From Myxococcota bacterium (GTDB lineage: Bacteria > Myxococcota_A > UBA9160 > UBA4427), in NCBI GenBank assembly GCA_036336835.1, contig JAYZFK010000035.1, positions 1-56,539 of the forward strand: a stretch of 56,539 bases of DNA, given 5' to 3'. The stretch's first letter is position 1. Each line of letters starts with the position of its first letter. Of this stretch, positions 1-9,195 are shown in pieces. The notes under the pieces were generated by a model. That model was not told where the DNA came from. It did not search any database and saw nothing but the letters and a program-made list of their open reading frames with translations. Both the position numbers and the translations under genes were made by a program.

Positions 1-901
1 GCTCCTTCAGGCCGTAGGGCAGCCGGAGCATGATCAGCCCCGCGGAGGTGGCGCCCGCCTCGCGTGCGGCGGCCAGGATGGCGGGGATCTCGTGATCGTT
101 CAGGCCCGGGATCACCGGTGCGATCATCACCCCGACCGGAATACCCGCGTGCGCGAGCTTCTCGATCGCGAGCAGGCGCTGGTGTGGCTGCGAGGCGCGT
201 GGCTCGAGCGCCCGCGCAAGCTTCGGATCGAGCGTGGTGATCGAAAGATTCGCCGATGCCGCGTCGACGGCGGCCAGCTCGGCGAGCAGGTCGGCGTCGC
301 GCGCCACGAGGGCGTTCTTCGTGATTACGCTCACCGGATTGCGAAACTCAGCCAGCACCTGCAGGCAGCGGCGCGAGAGTCCGAGCTCGTGCTCGATCGG
401 TTGATAGGCATCCGTGACACCGCTCATGGCGATGACCTGCGGCTGCCACCGCTTTGCGCAGAGCTCCTTGCGCAGCAACTGAGGCAGCTGCTCCTTCACC
501 AGGATGCGCGTCTCGAAGTCGAGGCCGGCCGAGAATCCGAGATACTCGTGCGTGGGTCTTGCGTAGCAGTAGGCGCAGGCGTGCAGGCAGCCCCGATACG
601 GATTGAGGCTCGCCGCGAAGCCGATGTCTGGACTGTCGTTGGTGGAGATTGCGCTCCGGGAGGGGTCGCGCAGATACAGGGTCGGGATCTGGCTCGCCGA
701 GCCGTCGGGGTCGGTCTCGGCGTCGAGGCGGTCGGACTCGAGCGTCTCCCGATCCGCGACGTATTGCAGGCGTTCGAAGCGTCCAGCGGGGTTGCTGGTG
801 ATGCCGCGTCCGCGCGGGGCCACGAGAGCGGCGCCATCTGGAGCGAGGCCCGAGCGGGGTGCGGGACTGCCCGCGCGGACCCGATCGCCGGCCGTGGCCA
901 C
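1..901 (-). CDS. PA0069/Rv2578c-family radical SAM protein (SplB-like, putative DNA repair); 3' end runs off the window
   Basis: Frame absent from the ORF track, read manually: GRGITSNPAGRFE...NDSPDIGFAASLNPYRGCLHACAYCYARPTHEYLGFSAGLDFETRILVK...SGVTDAYQPIE...ITK. Contains the CxxxCxxC motif. GTG start at 901 with AGGAGG 5 nt upstream. Confidence 0.92.
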   Translation of the reverse strand, partial: MATAGDRVRAGSPAPRSGLAPDGAALVAPRGRGITSNPAGRFERLQYVADRETLESDRLDAETDPDGSASQIPTLYLRDPSRSAISTNDSPDIGFAASLNPYRGCLHACAYCYARPTHEYLGFSAGLDFETRILVKEQLPQLLRKELCAKRWQPQVIAMSGVTDAYQPIEHELGLSRRCLQVLAEFRNPVSVITKNALVARDADLLAELAAVDAASANLSITTLDPKLARALEPRASQPHQRLLAIEKLAHAGIPVGVMIAPVIPGLNDHEIPAILAAAREAGATSAGLIMLRLPYGLKE

Positions 902-924
902 ATGCGCCTCCTTTCGCCCAGAAC

Positions 925-941
925 ACGAAAGTAAGACGAAA
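925..941. promoter_or_regulatory. Candidate operator: ACGAAA-N5-ACGAAA direct repeat upstream of the radical SAM gene
   Basis: ACGAAA at 925-930 and 936-941 (11-bp period) in an A-rich 51-bp intergenic gap. Confidence 0.35.
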
Positions 942-952
942 ATCGAAGGGCG

Positions 953-3697
953 TCAACGCTCGGGTCGGGCGTTTCGAAGGAAGGTCTCGAGGGCGGGTCC
1001 CTGAGACCTGCGCAGTGCCGCGTACGCGTCGAAGCGCTCGAGGGCCTGGCGCAACGTGCGCGCGCCGGAGGGCACCGGGTTGGCCTTGAAGAAGCGCGCG
1101 ACCTCGGCTCGGCGTCGCTGCGTGCCGAGCGCGGGCGTCGCTGCGATCACGCGTGCGGCGAGCAGTGATCCCATGCGATCGCGCATGCTCGGCCAGCGTG
1201 CGCGTACGAAGTCCCAGGTCGGATCGCGCGCCGGGCGGTTGCCTAGCAGGCGCACCAGCACGAACGCGACGTCCTGGGTCGGCACGGCGTCTCCCAGCAG
1301 CAGCTGCAGCGTTCGGTCGATCAGCGCAGGCTTGGTGAAATCGCACAGGCCCAGCAGGAAGCGACGCTGCTCTTGCGGTGTCTGCGCCTTGTGCATCGCT
1401 CGGTCGAACGCGCGGTAGAGCTTCGCATCGCCGGCTGCGGCCGCGATCGCCACGACGCTGTCCGCCAGGTTGGGATCGATCGACGCGCGCTCGCGCAGGT
1501 AATCTTGGCAGCGCTCCTCGGCCCACTCGACCACCCCGGGCTCGCGGCCGATCCGGCCGGTCAGCTCGATGACTGCCGCTCGCTGTAGACGCCGGTCGTC
1601 ACTCTCGCCGCGCTTGGGCTCGAAGCCGAGCGCGTCGAGCTGTGCGCCGTACTGCGCGGCGACCCAGGTGCGCAGCCGCATCTCGCAGTCCTCCGACTGA
1701 TCCGGCGCCAGTCGGCTGGCCAGCGTGGACAGCGGGCGTTCGACCGCCGCCAGCACGTTGGCATCGCGCTCGCGCCCGAGTGCGGCGGCCAGGTCGAGCC
1801 AGCTCGCGATCTTGGCGCGTCCGGCGCGCACCAATGCCCACTGGTGGTCGACCAGGCCCATGCGCTCGGCGGTCGTGATGGCGTCGAGCGACGCGATCAG
1901 ATCGGCGAGCTCGGCGGGATCGTGCAGCGGCCGAAAGAATCCGCCCTCGTCGGCGTTTCCGTACACGAATGCCGCTGCCGCGGGCGTGGCGATCCACTCG
2001 CTGCGCTTCGAGAGCAGGTGCCGCAGCTCCTGCGTTCGGCCCCCGGCCGCCGAACCGAGGCGCCCAACCCATGGGATGGGCCAAAGATTCCGTGCGGCGG
2101 CCGTGCGCCCGCGAGACGCGCGCGGCGGCAGCTGGTAGAAGCGCTCCTGGCGAAGCTCGATCCCCGGCCGGCCCCGCTGCTTCACTCGACGCACACGCAC
2201 GATCGGGTAGCCGTCCTGCTCGATCCAGGCGCGCGCGATCGGCTCGACGTCCTGCCCCGATGCCTCCGAGAGCGCGTTCCACAGATCCGACGCCACCGTG
2301 TTCGACTCGGCGTGCTGGCGCATGTAGCGGCGGACGCCCTCGCGGAAGATCTTCGGTCCGAGGTAGCGCTCGAGCATCCTCACGACCGATGCGCCCTTCT
2401 CGTAGGTGATCACGTCGAAGTTCTCGTTCGCCTCATCGGGCGTCCGCACCGTGGTGTAGATCGGATGCGTGTGCTCGAGAGCGTCGAGATCGAGTGCGCC
2501 AGCGCGGTGGTGCTGGAAGTCGTGCCACATCTTCCAGCCCGGCTGCCAGTCGTCGACGATCTGGAACGCCATCCAGGTGGCAAACGCTTCGTTCAGCCAC
2601 AGGTCGTCCCACCACGCCATCGTGACCAGATCGCCGTACCACATGTGCGCGAGCTCGTGGCAGATCACCTCGGCCGCGCGTTTCTTTTCGGCCAGCGTCA
2701 CCGTGCGGGGGTCGATCAACAGCAGCGTCTCGCGAAAGAAGACAGCGCCCGCGTTCTCCATCGCGCCAAACTCGAAGTTGGGAACCGCGACGAGGTCGAG
2801 CTTTGCGTACGGGTAGGGCAGGGCGAAGTACTTCTCCAGGCGCAGCAGGGTTTCTCGCGCGCACTCGAGGGCGACCCCGGCCATGCCCCGCTTGCCCGGC
2901 GCCTGCCACACCCGGATCTCGGTATCCCCAGCGCGGACCGGGCGCGAGCGCTCGAGCGGGCCGACGGCGAGCGCCACCAGATACGACGACAAGCGCGGCG
3001 TGCGGGCGAAGTGCACCGTCTTGCGCCCTTCGGCGAGCTTCACCGTGCGTTCGACTGGGCCATTCGAAACCACCGCGTTGTGGTCCGAGGTCGTGACGGA
3101 GAGCTTCCAGCGGGCCTTCATCGACGGCTCGTCGAAGCACGGGAAGAACTTGCGCGCGTCCGCAGCCTCGAGCTGGGTGAAGGCGTAGCGGTGGGGGCCG
3201 ACGCTCGCTTCGTAGAGGCCGCAAAGATCTTTTCGCAGCCGACCGGCGAAGCTGAGCTCGAGTCGGGCGCGACCGCGGGGCAGCGTCTCCGGGAGCGTGA
3301 TCTCGACCGTCTGTCGCGCGGGGTGCAGCGTGGCGCTACCGCGGACGATGCGGCCGTCGACGATCACGCGGGGCCGACTCACGCGCAAATCCACTGCGTG
3401 CAGCTCGAGCTTTCGGCGGCCTTGATCGAGCTCGAGCTCGATTCCCACCTCGCCGCGGAAGGCGCTGCTGCGATCCGGGTAGACCTCTACCTGGACGTCG
3501 GCCTCGATCGGGCGCACGTCCGGGCGCAGCCGGAATGGCTTGACCGGAGCCGGGCCGCCGCGGGGCCGCGTGGCGCGCGCGGATTGCTTGCGCGCCGGCG
3601 TGCGCGATCGCTTCGGGGCGGTCTTGCGCGGTGTTCGCTTCACGCGCTTGCGCGCCGGCGTCGCGCGGCGAGCCGTCTTCTTGCGTCTCGCGGTCAC
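953..3697 (-). CDS. M1 family zinc aminopeptidase (PepN/puromycin-sensitive type, ERAP1-like C-terminal domain) with a basic N-terminal extension
   Basis: GAMEN motif, HELAH-x18-E (WDDLWLNEAFAT) and ITYEKGASV. The GTG start overlaps the upstream stop (GTGA). Confidence 0.95.
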   Translation of the reverse strand: MTARRKKTARRATPARKRVKRTPRKTAPKRSRTPARKQSARATRPRGGPAPVKPFRLRPDVRPIEADVQVEVYPDRSSAFRGEVGIELELDQGRRKLELHAVDLRVSRPRVIVDGRIVRGSATLHPARQTVEITLPETLPRGRARLELSFAGRLRKDLCGLYEASVGPHRYAFTQLEAADARKFFPCFDEPSMKARWKLSVTTSDHNAVVSNGPVERTVKLAEGRKTVHFARTPRLSSYLVALAVGPLERSRPVRAGDTEIRVWQAPGKRGMAGVALECARETLLRLEKYFALPYPYAKLDLVAVPNFEFGAMENAGAVFFRETLLLIDPRTVTLAEKKRAAEVICHELAHMWYGDLVTMAWWDDLWLNEAFATWMAFQIVDDWQPGWKMWHDFQHHRAGALDLDALEHTHPIYTTVRTPDEANENFDVITYEKGASVVRMLERYLGPKIFREGVRRYMRQHAESNTVASDLWNALSEASGQDVEPIARAWIEQDGYPIVRVRRVKQRGRPGIELRQERFYQLPPRASRGRTAAARNLWPIPWVGRLGSAAGGRTQELRHLLSKRSEWIATPAAAAFVYGNADEGGFFRPLHDPAELADLIASLDAITTAERMGLVDHQWALVRAGRAKIASWLDLAAALGRERDANVLAAVERPLSTLASRLAPDQSEDCEMRLRTWVAAQYGAQLDALGFEPKRGESDDRRLQRAAVIELTGRIGREPGVVEWAEERCQDYLRERASIDPNLADSVVAIAAAAGDAKLYRAFDRAMHKAQTPQEQRRFLLGLCDFTKPALIDRTLQLLLGDAVPTQDVAFVLVRLLGNRPARDPTWDFVRARWPSMRDRMGSLLAARVIAATPALGTQRRRAEVARFFKANPVPSGARTLRQALERFDAYAALRRSQGPALETFLRNARPER
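3586..3661. repeat. 16-bp exact direct repeat (gcttgcgcgccggcgt) at 60-bp spacing, encoding TPARK twice
   Basis: Copies at 3586-3601 and 3646-3661 inside the aminopeptidase N-terminal tail. Confidence 0.8.
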
Positions 3698-4002
3698 GGT
3701 CTGTCCCCGCTCTGGGCCGATGTGTCCGCCGAGCGGCCGAGGAGCGCCCGGCAGATGGCGCCGAGATGTTCGGCCAGGCGGGCGAACTCGTCGCGCTCGT
3801 GTGGCTCGTCGAACGCAGGCGGCGCTCCGTCGTTCTCCAGCAGCGCGAGCACTTCATCGGCGGCAGCGCTGAGCGACTCGACGCTTCGCTCCGCGGCGCG
3901 TTGAAGGATCTGCTTCCAGCGATCGGTCTGCGGGGCTCCACTCGCGTCGAGAAACGCAATGCAGTCCTCGACGAGTCGGGAGAACTCTCCGGTCACGGAC
4001 AC
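3694..4002 (-). CDS. Small acidic helical hypothetical protein (102 aa)
   Basis: GTG at 4002 after GGGGAGG. Reads MSVTGEFSRLVEDCIAFLD..., amphipathic. Its stop overlaps the aminopeptidase start. Confidence 0.7.
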   Translation of the reverse strand: MSVTGEFSRLVEDCIAFLDASGAPQTDRWKQILQRAAERSVESLSAAADEVLALLENDGAPPAFDEPHERDEFARLAEHLGAICRALLGRSADTSAQSGDRP

Positions 4003-4150
4003 GAACGCTGCCTCCCCTATGGCCTCGAGGCCTTGCACAGAGTGGTTCAAGCGAGACCAGGGGGCAACCGAGCCAGACGTCGCACGGCGTCTCCGCGCGC
4101 GCGGGCTCTGCGACGGGTATCTTCCCCGCGGCATCGGGTGGGGGAAAACG

Positions 4151-5488
4151 ATGAGCGCGGCGTCTCGCGAACAGTGGACAGGCCGGCGAGGCTTCGTCCT
4201 CGCGGCGATCGGCTCGGCCGTTGGCCTCGGCAACATGTGGCGGTTCTCATACCTGACGGCCGAGAAGGGCGGGGCGGCCTTCGTGCTGCTCTATCTGCTC
4301 TTTACCGCGCTCGTCGGCCTGCCCGTGATGCTCGCCGAGCTGACGATCGGTCGCGGCTCTCAGCGCAGTCCGATCCAGGCCCTCGCACACTATGGCGGCA
4401 GCGCCTGGAAGCCGCTGGGCGGCATCTTCGTCACCTCGGGATTCCTGATCCTGTCGTACTACGGTGTGATCGCCGGCTGGACGGTTCGCTATGCGGGCGA
4501 TGCGCTGCTGTCGGGCTTTCCGACGGATCCGGGTGCCTACTTCGGCGACGTCAGCGAGGGCTGGGACTCCTTCGCCTACGCGCTGGGCTTCATGGGGCTC
4601 ACTGTCTTCGTCGTGAGCGGCGGTATCCGTGGCGGCATCGAGCGCGCAGCAAGCGTGATGATGCCGGCCTTGTTCGCACTCGTGATCGGCATCGCGATCT
4701 ACGCGGCGACGCTCGACGGCTCGGGCGCCGGCTACGCCTACTACCTCAACGTCGACTTCGCCAAGGTCTTGGACTGGGACGTGATCGTCGCGGCGGCCGG
4801 GCAGGCGTTCTTCAGTCTGAGCCTCGGCATGGGCGCGATGCTCACATTTGCGAGCTACCTCTCTCGTGACCACGATCTCCCGAGCGAATCGCTGATGATT
4901 GCGGTGAGCGACTTCGGGGTCGCATTCCTCGCAGGGTTCATGGTGTTTCCACTGATCTTCGCACTCGGCTTGCAGGGCGACGTGATGGGGGCGGACACGG
5001 GAACCGTGGGTGCGCTCTTCATCGCGCTGCCCAAGGCTTTCGCGACGATGGGCGACGCCGGCCGGGTGGTGGGGCTGTGCTTCTTCGTGGCCCTGATCGT
5101 GGGTGGCCTCACATCTGCCATCTCGCTGCTCGAGGTGGTGGTATCGGCCGCGATGGACGGGTTCGGCTGGTCGCGCCGCAATGCCGCGCTGGTAATGGGG
5201 GTGGCCATCGCCTTGCTCGGATTGCCGGCCTCGCACGCGATCGAGTTCCTCGATGCCGTCGATACCCTCGCCAACAATGTCTTCCTGATCGGTGGCGCGC
5301 TCGGGCTGTCCATCTTCACTGGCCATGTGATGCGCGATCCGGTCGCTGCGGCGCGAGGCGGATCCAAGTCAGCAGGCTGGACCTCCGTGTGGCTGCCGCT
5401 GCTGCGCTACGTGGTGCCGATCGTGCTGATCACGGTCCTGGCCGTCTCCGTTCCGGGGGCCTGGGACAAGCTGGCTGCCCTCTTCTAG
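4151..5488 (+). CDS. Sodium-dependent transporter, NSS/SNF family
   Basis: REQW...GSAVGLGNMWRF..GGAAF and GQAFFSLSLGMGAM motifs; many transmembrane segments. Confidence 0.95.
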   Translation: MSAASREQWTGRRGFVLAAIGSAVGLGNMWRFSYLTAEKGGAAFVLLYLLFTALVGLPVMLAELTIGRGSQRSPIQALAHYGGSAWKPLGGIFVTSGFLILSYYGVIAGWTVRYAGDALLSGFPTDPGAYFGDVSEGWDSFAYALGFMGLTVFVVSGGIRGGIERAASVMMPALFALVIGIAIYAATLDGSGAGYAYYLNVDFAKVLDWDVIVAAAGQAFFSLSLGMGAMLTFASYLSRDHDLPSESLMIAVSDFGVAFLAGFMVFPLIFALGLQGDVMGADTGTVGALFIALPKAFATMGDAGRVVGLCFFVALIVGGLTSAISLLEVVVSAAMDGFGWSRRNAALVMGVAIALLGLPASHAIEFLDAVDTLANNVFLIGGALGLSIFTGHVMRDPVAAARGGSKSAGWTSVWLPLLRYVVPIVLITVLAVSVPGAWDKLAALF

Positions 5489-5541
5489 CCGGACCGGAGG
5501 CAGATGACTCGCAGCGTGTACGCTGCAGATGGAGGTCGAGA

Positions 5542-6948
5542 GTGCGGCCCGGATCACTCGAGGCATGGGTGCTGCTCGCGGTTGGACTCGGCTGGATCAC
5601 TTCGGCCGGCGATGGGGGTGTCGTGCGGGCGCTGGCGCTCGGTGCGGTCGGCGCGCTGGGCTCGGCGATGGGCGTGGCCGCGCTGCTGATTCCCGGCGAT
5701 CGGCGGATTCCATCCCACGCCGCCCTGGCGTTCGTGCTGGGATTGGGCGTTGCGCTGGTCGGTCTGCTGGTATTTGCCTTCGGGCTCGGCGAGGCGCTCG
5801 GCCTGTTTGCCAGCGCGACGCTCGGCCTGCTGGCGGCTGGCAGGCTCTCGATGTCCTGGGGAGTGGCGACGCCGGGGGTGCCGGCCGAGGACGGCACGCT
5901 CGCCGTCGCAGCCAAGGTCGCGGCCGACGAGGCGCTGCTCGCGACCTTCCATCTCCGCCTGCGGCTTCCGGCCGGAAGCGAGCTTCGCCGTGTCGTCTCC
6001 GAGGCCCAGGAGCTGCGGGCTCGGCACGGGGACCACGGCTTCCTCGAGAAGCCTCTCGACTATCACCGCGCGCCACCGTCGCTCGTTGCGCCGCGGATCG
6101 AGTCGCGGAGCCGGCTCGGCATCGACTACGAGCACCTGCGCTTCGACAGCGAATGGGAGCCCGCGTCCGACGAGCCGGGACGCGAGCGCTGGCTGCGCGG
6201 CACCGCGAACCGCACCGCGCATGCCTATGTCGTGCGCGGCAATCCCGAGCGGCCGTGGCTGGTGGCGATCAACGGCTATCGCATGGGGATGGCGCTCACC
6301 GACCTCGCGGTGTTCGACCCGCGCGTCTACCACCAGCGGCTGGGGCTGAACCTGCTGATCCCGGTGTTGCCGATGCACGGGCCTCGCCGCATCGGTGCCC
6401 TGTCGGGCGATGGCTATCTGGATGCCGACCCCGTGGTGTTCCACTACGCGGAAGCACAGGCGATGTGGGACATCCGACGGCTGATCGGCTGGGCTCGTGC
6501 ACAGGGTGGTGAGAGGATCGGTGTGATGGGCCTGTCGCTGGGCGGCTACAACGCGGCCCTGCTCTCCTCGGTCGAGCCGGGGCTCAGCTGTGTGATCGCG
6601 GGCATTCCGGTGGTGGACTTCTCGCGCATCCTGACTTGGCACTCTCCCGCTGGCTTGAGCGCCGGGTTCGCTGCGCTCGGGATGGGTCCGGCGACGCTCT
6701 CGGAAACGCTGCGGCCCGTCTCCCCGCTCGCGCTGCCATCGATGGTCGCGCCCGAAGCGCGTGCGGTCTTCGGCGGCGTCGCCGATCGGGTGGTGCCACC
6801 CGAGCACCAGCGCGATCTGATCGACCACTGGGGCGCGCCGCGCCACGTCTGGTACCCCGGTGGACACCTGACGTACATGCTCGACCCGGCGGTTCGAGCG
6901 CTCGTTCATGAGATGCTGGTGGGGCATCTCGGTGCTGTCCAGTCCTAA
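5542..6948 (+). CDS. Alpha/beta hydrolase (Rv2627c-like) with an N-terminal membrane domain
   Basis: GLSLGG nucleophile elbow, DRVV, GGH, plus RPWLVAING, PVLPMHGPR and QAMWDIRRLIGW. About 4 hydrophobic N-terminal segments. GGAGG before GTG. Confidence 0.8.
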   Translation: MRPGSLEAWVLLAVGLGWITSAGDGGVVRALALGAVGALGSAMGVAALLIPGDRRIPSHAALAFVLGLGVALVGLLVFAFGLGEALGLFASATLGLLAAGRLSMSWGVATPGVPAEDGTLAVAAKVAADEALLATFHLRLRLPAGSELRRVVSEAQELRARHGDHGFLEKPLDYHRAPPSLVAPRIESRSRLGIDYEHLRFDSEWEPASDEPGRERWLRGTANRTAHAYVVRGNPERPWLVAINGYRMGMALTDLAVFDPRVYHQRLGLNLLIPVLPMHGPRRIGALSGDGYLDADPVVFHYAEAQAMWDIRRLIGWARAQGGERIGVMGLSLGGYNAALLSSVEPGLSCVIAGIPVVDFSRILTWHSPAGLSAGFAALGMGPATLSETLRPVSPLALPSMVAPEARAVFGGVADRVVPPEHQRDLIDHWGAPRHVWYPGGHLTYMLDPAVRALVHEMLVGHLGAVQS

Positions 6949-6958
6949 CCCAGCGCGT

Positions 6959-8335
6959 TCATGAAACCTTCTGCGCCCTCGCGTCGAGCTCGGCGCGGAT
7001 GCGCGAGTGTTCCCTGCGCGTCATCGGGTAGCGGAGGGCAAAGCCGATTGCGATGACCAGCAAGCAGGCTGGTGCCAGCGCGGCGGCGATCCGGATCACG
7101 AGCAGCGCGCCAGCGGTCTGCGGCTGGTCTGCGATGTACCCCGCGGCCTCGAAGCCGATGCCCATCGCCGCGACGCCGGATGCGCCGGCGATCTTGCGCA
7201 GGAAGGTGAAGAGGCCGTTGTAGATGCCCTCGCGACGCTGTCCGGTCATGAACTCGTCCTCGTCGATCACCTCTCCGATCATTGACCACGGCATCAGGTC
7301 GGCCGCGCAGAAGCCGACGCCCGAGAGCGCGATCAGGCCGAACAGCACCGGGCGTGAAAAATCCTGTGGGATGACGAACAGCCCGCAGAGCAACACGCTC
7401 CAGAGGCCCGCGCCGGCGATGAACATGAGGTGTTTGTCGACGTGCCGCCCGATGCGCAGCCAGACTGGAAGCGAGCAGATTGAAAAGACCAGCAGGATCG
7501 CCAGGCACCAGACCAGATCCTCTGGCCGGCCGAGCCAGTAGGCCGTGTAGTAGGACAGTCCGGCCGCCGCGAGGTCGACCGCGATTCGCGCGGTGATGAA
7601 GAGCCCCGAGAGCCGCAGGAAAGTGCCGTGCGTCGCGATCTCGGCGACGCTCTGCGCGAGCGGCGCCGGCGCGGGCGCCGTCTCGTCGCGACGCTCGAAG
7701 CTCACACGGAATACGGGCAGCCACGGAAGCAGCAGCCAGAAACCGAAGATAGAGCCGGCGACTGCGTACGCCTCGGGGCCGCCGCCCCACTCGTCGGCGA
7801 GCCAGCGCATCCCCACTGCGAACAGCGTTCCGGTGACCGCGCAGCCCGCGCGAAAGGCGTTCAGCGAGGTGCGCTCATGATAGTCGCGGGCCATCTCGGG
7901 CAGTAGCGCGAGATAGGGGACCGACAGGATGGTGGTCGAGAGTGACAGCGCCATGTAGACGACGGTGTAGTAGGCGAACATTGCGGCCTGGCCGTCTGCC
8001 GTATCGAAGGGCGTGCGCCACACCAATGCAAAACACAGCCCGAAGGGCAGCATCCCGAGCAGGAAGAACGGACGGCGGCGTCCGGCGCGCCACGTCCGCG
8101 TGTCGGAGAAGCGGCCGATCAGTGGATCGCTGATCGCGTCGAAGCTGCGCGCGAGCAGGATCGCGAAACCCGCCAGCGCAGGCCGCAGCCCCGCCACCTC
8201 CGTCAGGAAGAAGAGGAAGACGATCGACAACGCCGACAGCGACAGGTTGACGCTGTGGTCTCCCATTCCGTAGACGAGCTTGGAGAACGTCCCGAGCTGG
8301 CGCTCGGACTGCGACTGGAAGACCTCCGACGTCAC
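6959..8335 (-). CDS. MFS transporter, glycoside-pentoside-hexuronide (MelB-like) cation symporter family
   Basis: KLVYGMGD, DAISDPLIGRFSD...GRRRPF, PYLALLPEM..DYHERT and TGQRREGIY motifs. Confidence 0.92.
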   Translation of the reverse strand: MTSEVFQSQSERQLGTFSKLVYGMGDHSVNLSLSALSIVFLFFLTEVAGLRPALAGFAILLARSFDAISDPLIGRFSDTRTWRAGRRRPFFLLGMLPFGLCFALVWRTPFDTADGQAAMFAYYTVVYMALSLSTTILSVPYLALLPEMARDYHERTSLNAFRAGCAVTGTLFAVGMRWLADEWGGGPEAYAVAGSIFGFWLLLPWLPVFRVSFERRDETAPAPAPLAQSVAEIATHGTFLRLSGLFITARIAVDLAAAGLSYYTAYWLGRPEDLVWCLAILLVFSICSLPVWLRIGRHVDKHLMFIAGAGLWSVLLCGLFVIPQDFSRPVLFGLIALSGVGFCAADLMPWSMIGEVIDEDEFMTGQRREGIYNGLFTFLRKIAGASGVAAMGIGFEAAGYIADQPQTAGALLVIRIAAALAPACLLVIAIGFALRYPMTRREHSRIRAELDARAQKVS

Positions 8336-8486
8336 GTGGTGAAGGCTACCTCAGGTATCCGCGGGGTAGGCCGGTGCGGGGTCGTACTCGATCAAGCGTT
8401 GTGTCGTGCGGGCTGCACGCTCGCGGCCGACCGGGTGGGCAGTAGCGCCGATCTCCAGGTAATTCCCGCCAACCCTGCAAACGCCT

Positions 8487-8942
8487 TCAACCGTGCTCGC
8501 GCTGGGCGGCGCGCACCATCGCGTCGAGGCGCGACGAGAATTGCGAGCGCTCGCGGGCGGAGATGCTGCGCGGCCCAGGGGTCGGGATGCCGGCCTCGCG
8601 CAGTTCGGCCTTGAGGTTGCGGGTCGCGAGCGCCGCGCCGATCGAATCCTGGGTGAACGGCTCGCCCTGGGTGCCGAGGACGCGCGCGCCGACCGCGATG
8701 CAGCGCGCCGCGAGCGGCACGTCGGCCGTGATCACGAGATCGCTCACTCGCACGTTCTCGACGATCCAGTCGTCGGCGGCGTCGAGCTGCTTGCCGACGA
8801 CGATCATCTCGATTCCCAGGCCGTCGGGGATTCGCAGGAGCGAGTTCGCGACCACAATCGTTCGAATGCCGTAGCGCGCAGCGACGGCGTACACCTCGTC
8901 CTTGACTGGGCAGGCATCGGCATCCACTACGATCTCGACCAA
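8487..8942 (-). CDS. yaiI: YaiI/YqxD (UPF0178) family protein
   Basis: VDADACPVKDE, DAADDWI and DLVITADVPLA motifs. TTG start after AGGAGG. Confidence 0.93.
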   Translation of the reverse strand: MVEIVVDADACPVKDEVYAVAARYGIRTIVVANSLLRIPDGLGIEMIVVGKQLDAADDWIVENVRVSDLVITADVPLAARCIAVGARVLGTQGEPFTQDSIGAALATRNLKAELREAGIPTPGPRSISARERSQFSSRLDAMVRAAQREHG

Positions 8943-9000
8943 TCAGGCCTCCTTGAACACGCCAGTTCGTGGCACAGTAGGGACCGGAGGACGTTCGGTG

Positions 9001-9189
9001 ATGACTCAGATCCTCGTTGCGCTCGCACTCGTTTCGGTCCTATGCCTCTCGTCTTGCGACCGCGAGCCCGAGGTCGGCAGCCCGGAGTGGTGCGAGGCCC
9101 AGGTGCAGGACGGGCAGATGGACGACTACACGATGAGCGACGTCGGCCGCTACGCGAAGCACTGCATGTTCGAGCAGGCGGAGCAATAG
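9001..9189 (+). CDS. Small lipoprotein, DUF3012-like
   Basis: Signal peptide with lipobox LSSC, then PEVGSPEWC...YAKHCMF. GGAGG upstream. Confidence 0.75.
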   Translation: MTQILVALALVSVLCLSSCDREPEVGSPEWCEAQVQDGQMDDYTMSDVGRYAKHCMFEQAEQ

Positions 9190-9195
9190 AGGCGC

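Noticed and set aside
92..934. 280-aa plus-strand ORF, and the ATG-initiated minus-strand ORF 496-903
   Set aside because: These are shadow frames of the radical SAM gene. The ATG at 903 is only 3 nt from the RBS and out of frame, whereas the overlapping GTG at 901 gives the conserved protein.
1844..3904. Long antisense ORFs, here and at e.g. 23358-25541, 39850-41865 and 51126-52892
   Set aside because: Expected stop-codon scarcity at high GC. They carry no family motifs and each overlaps a well-supported gene.
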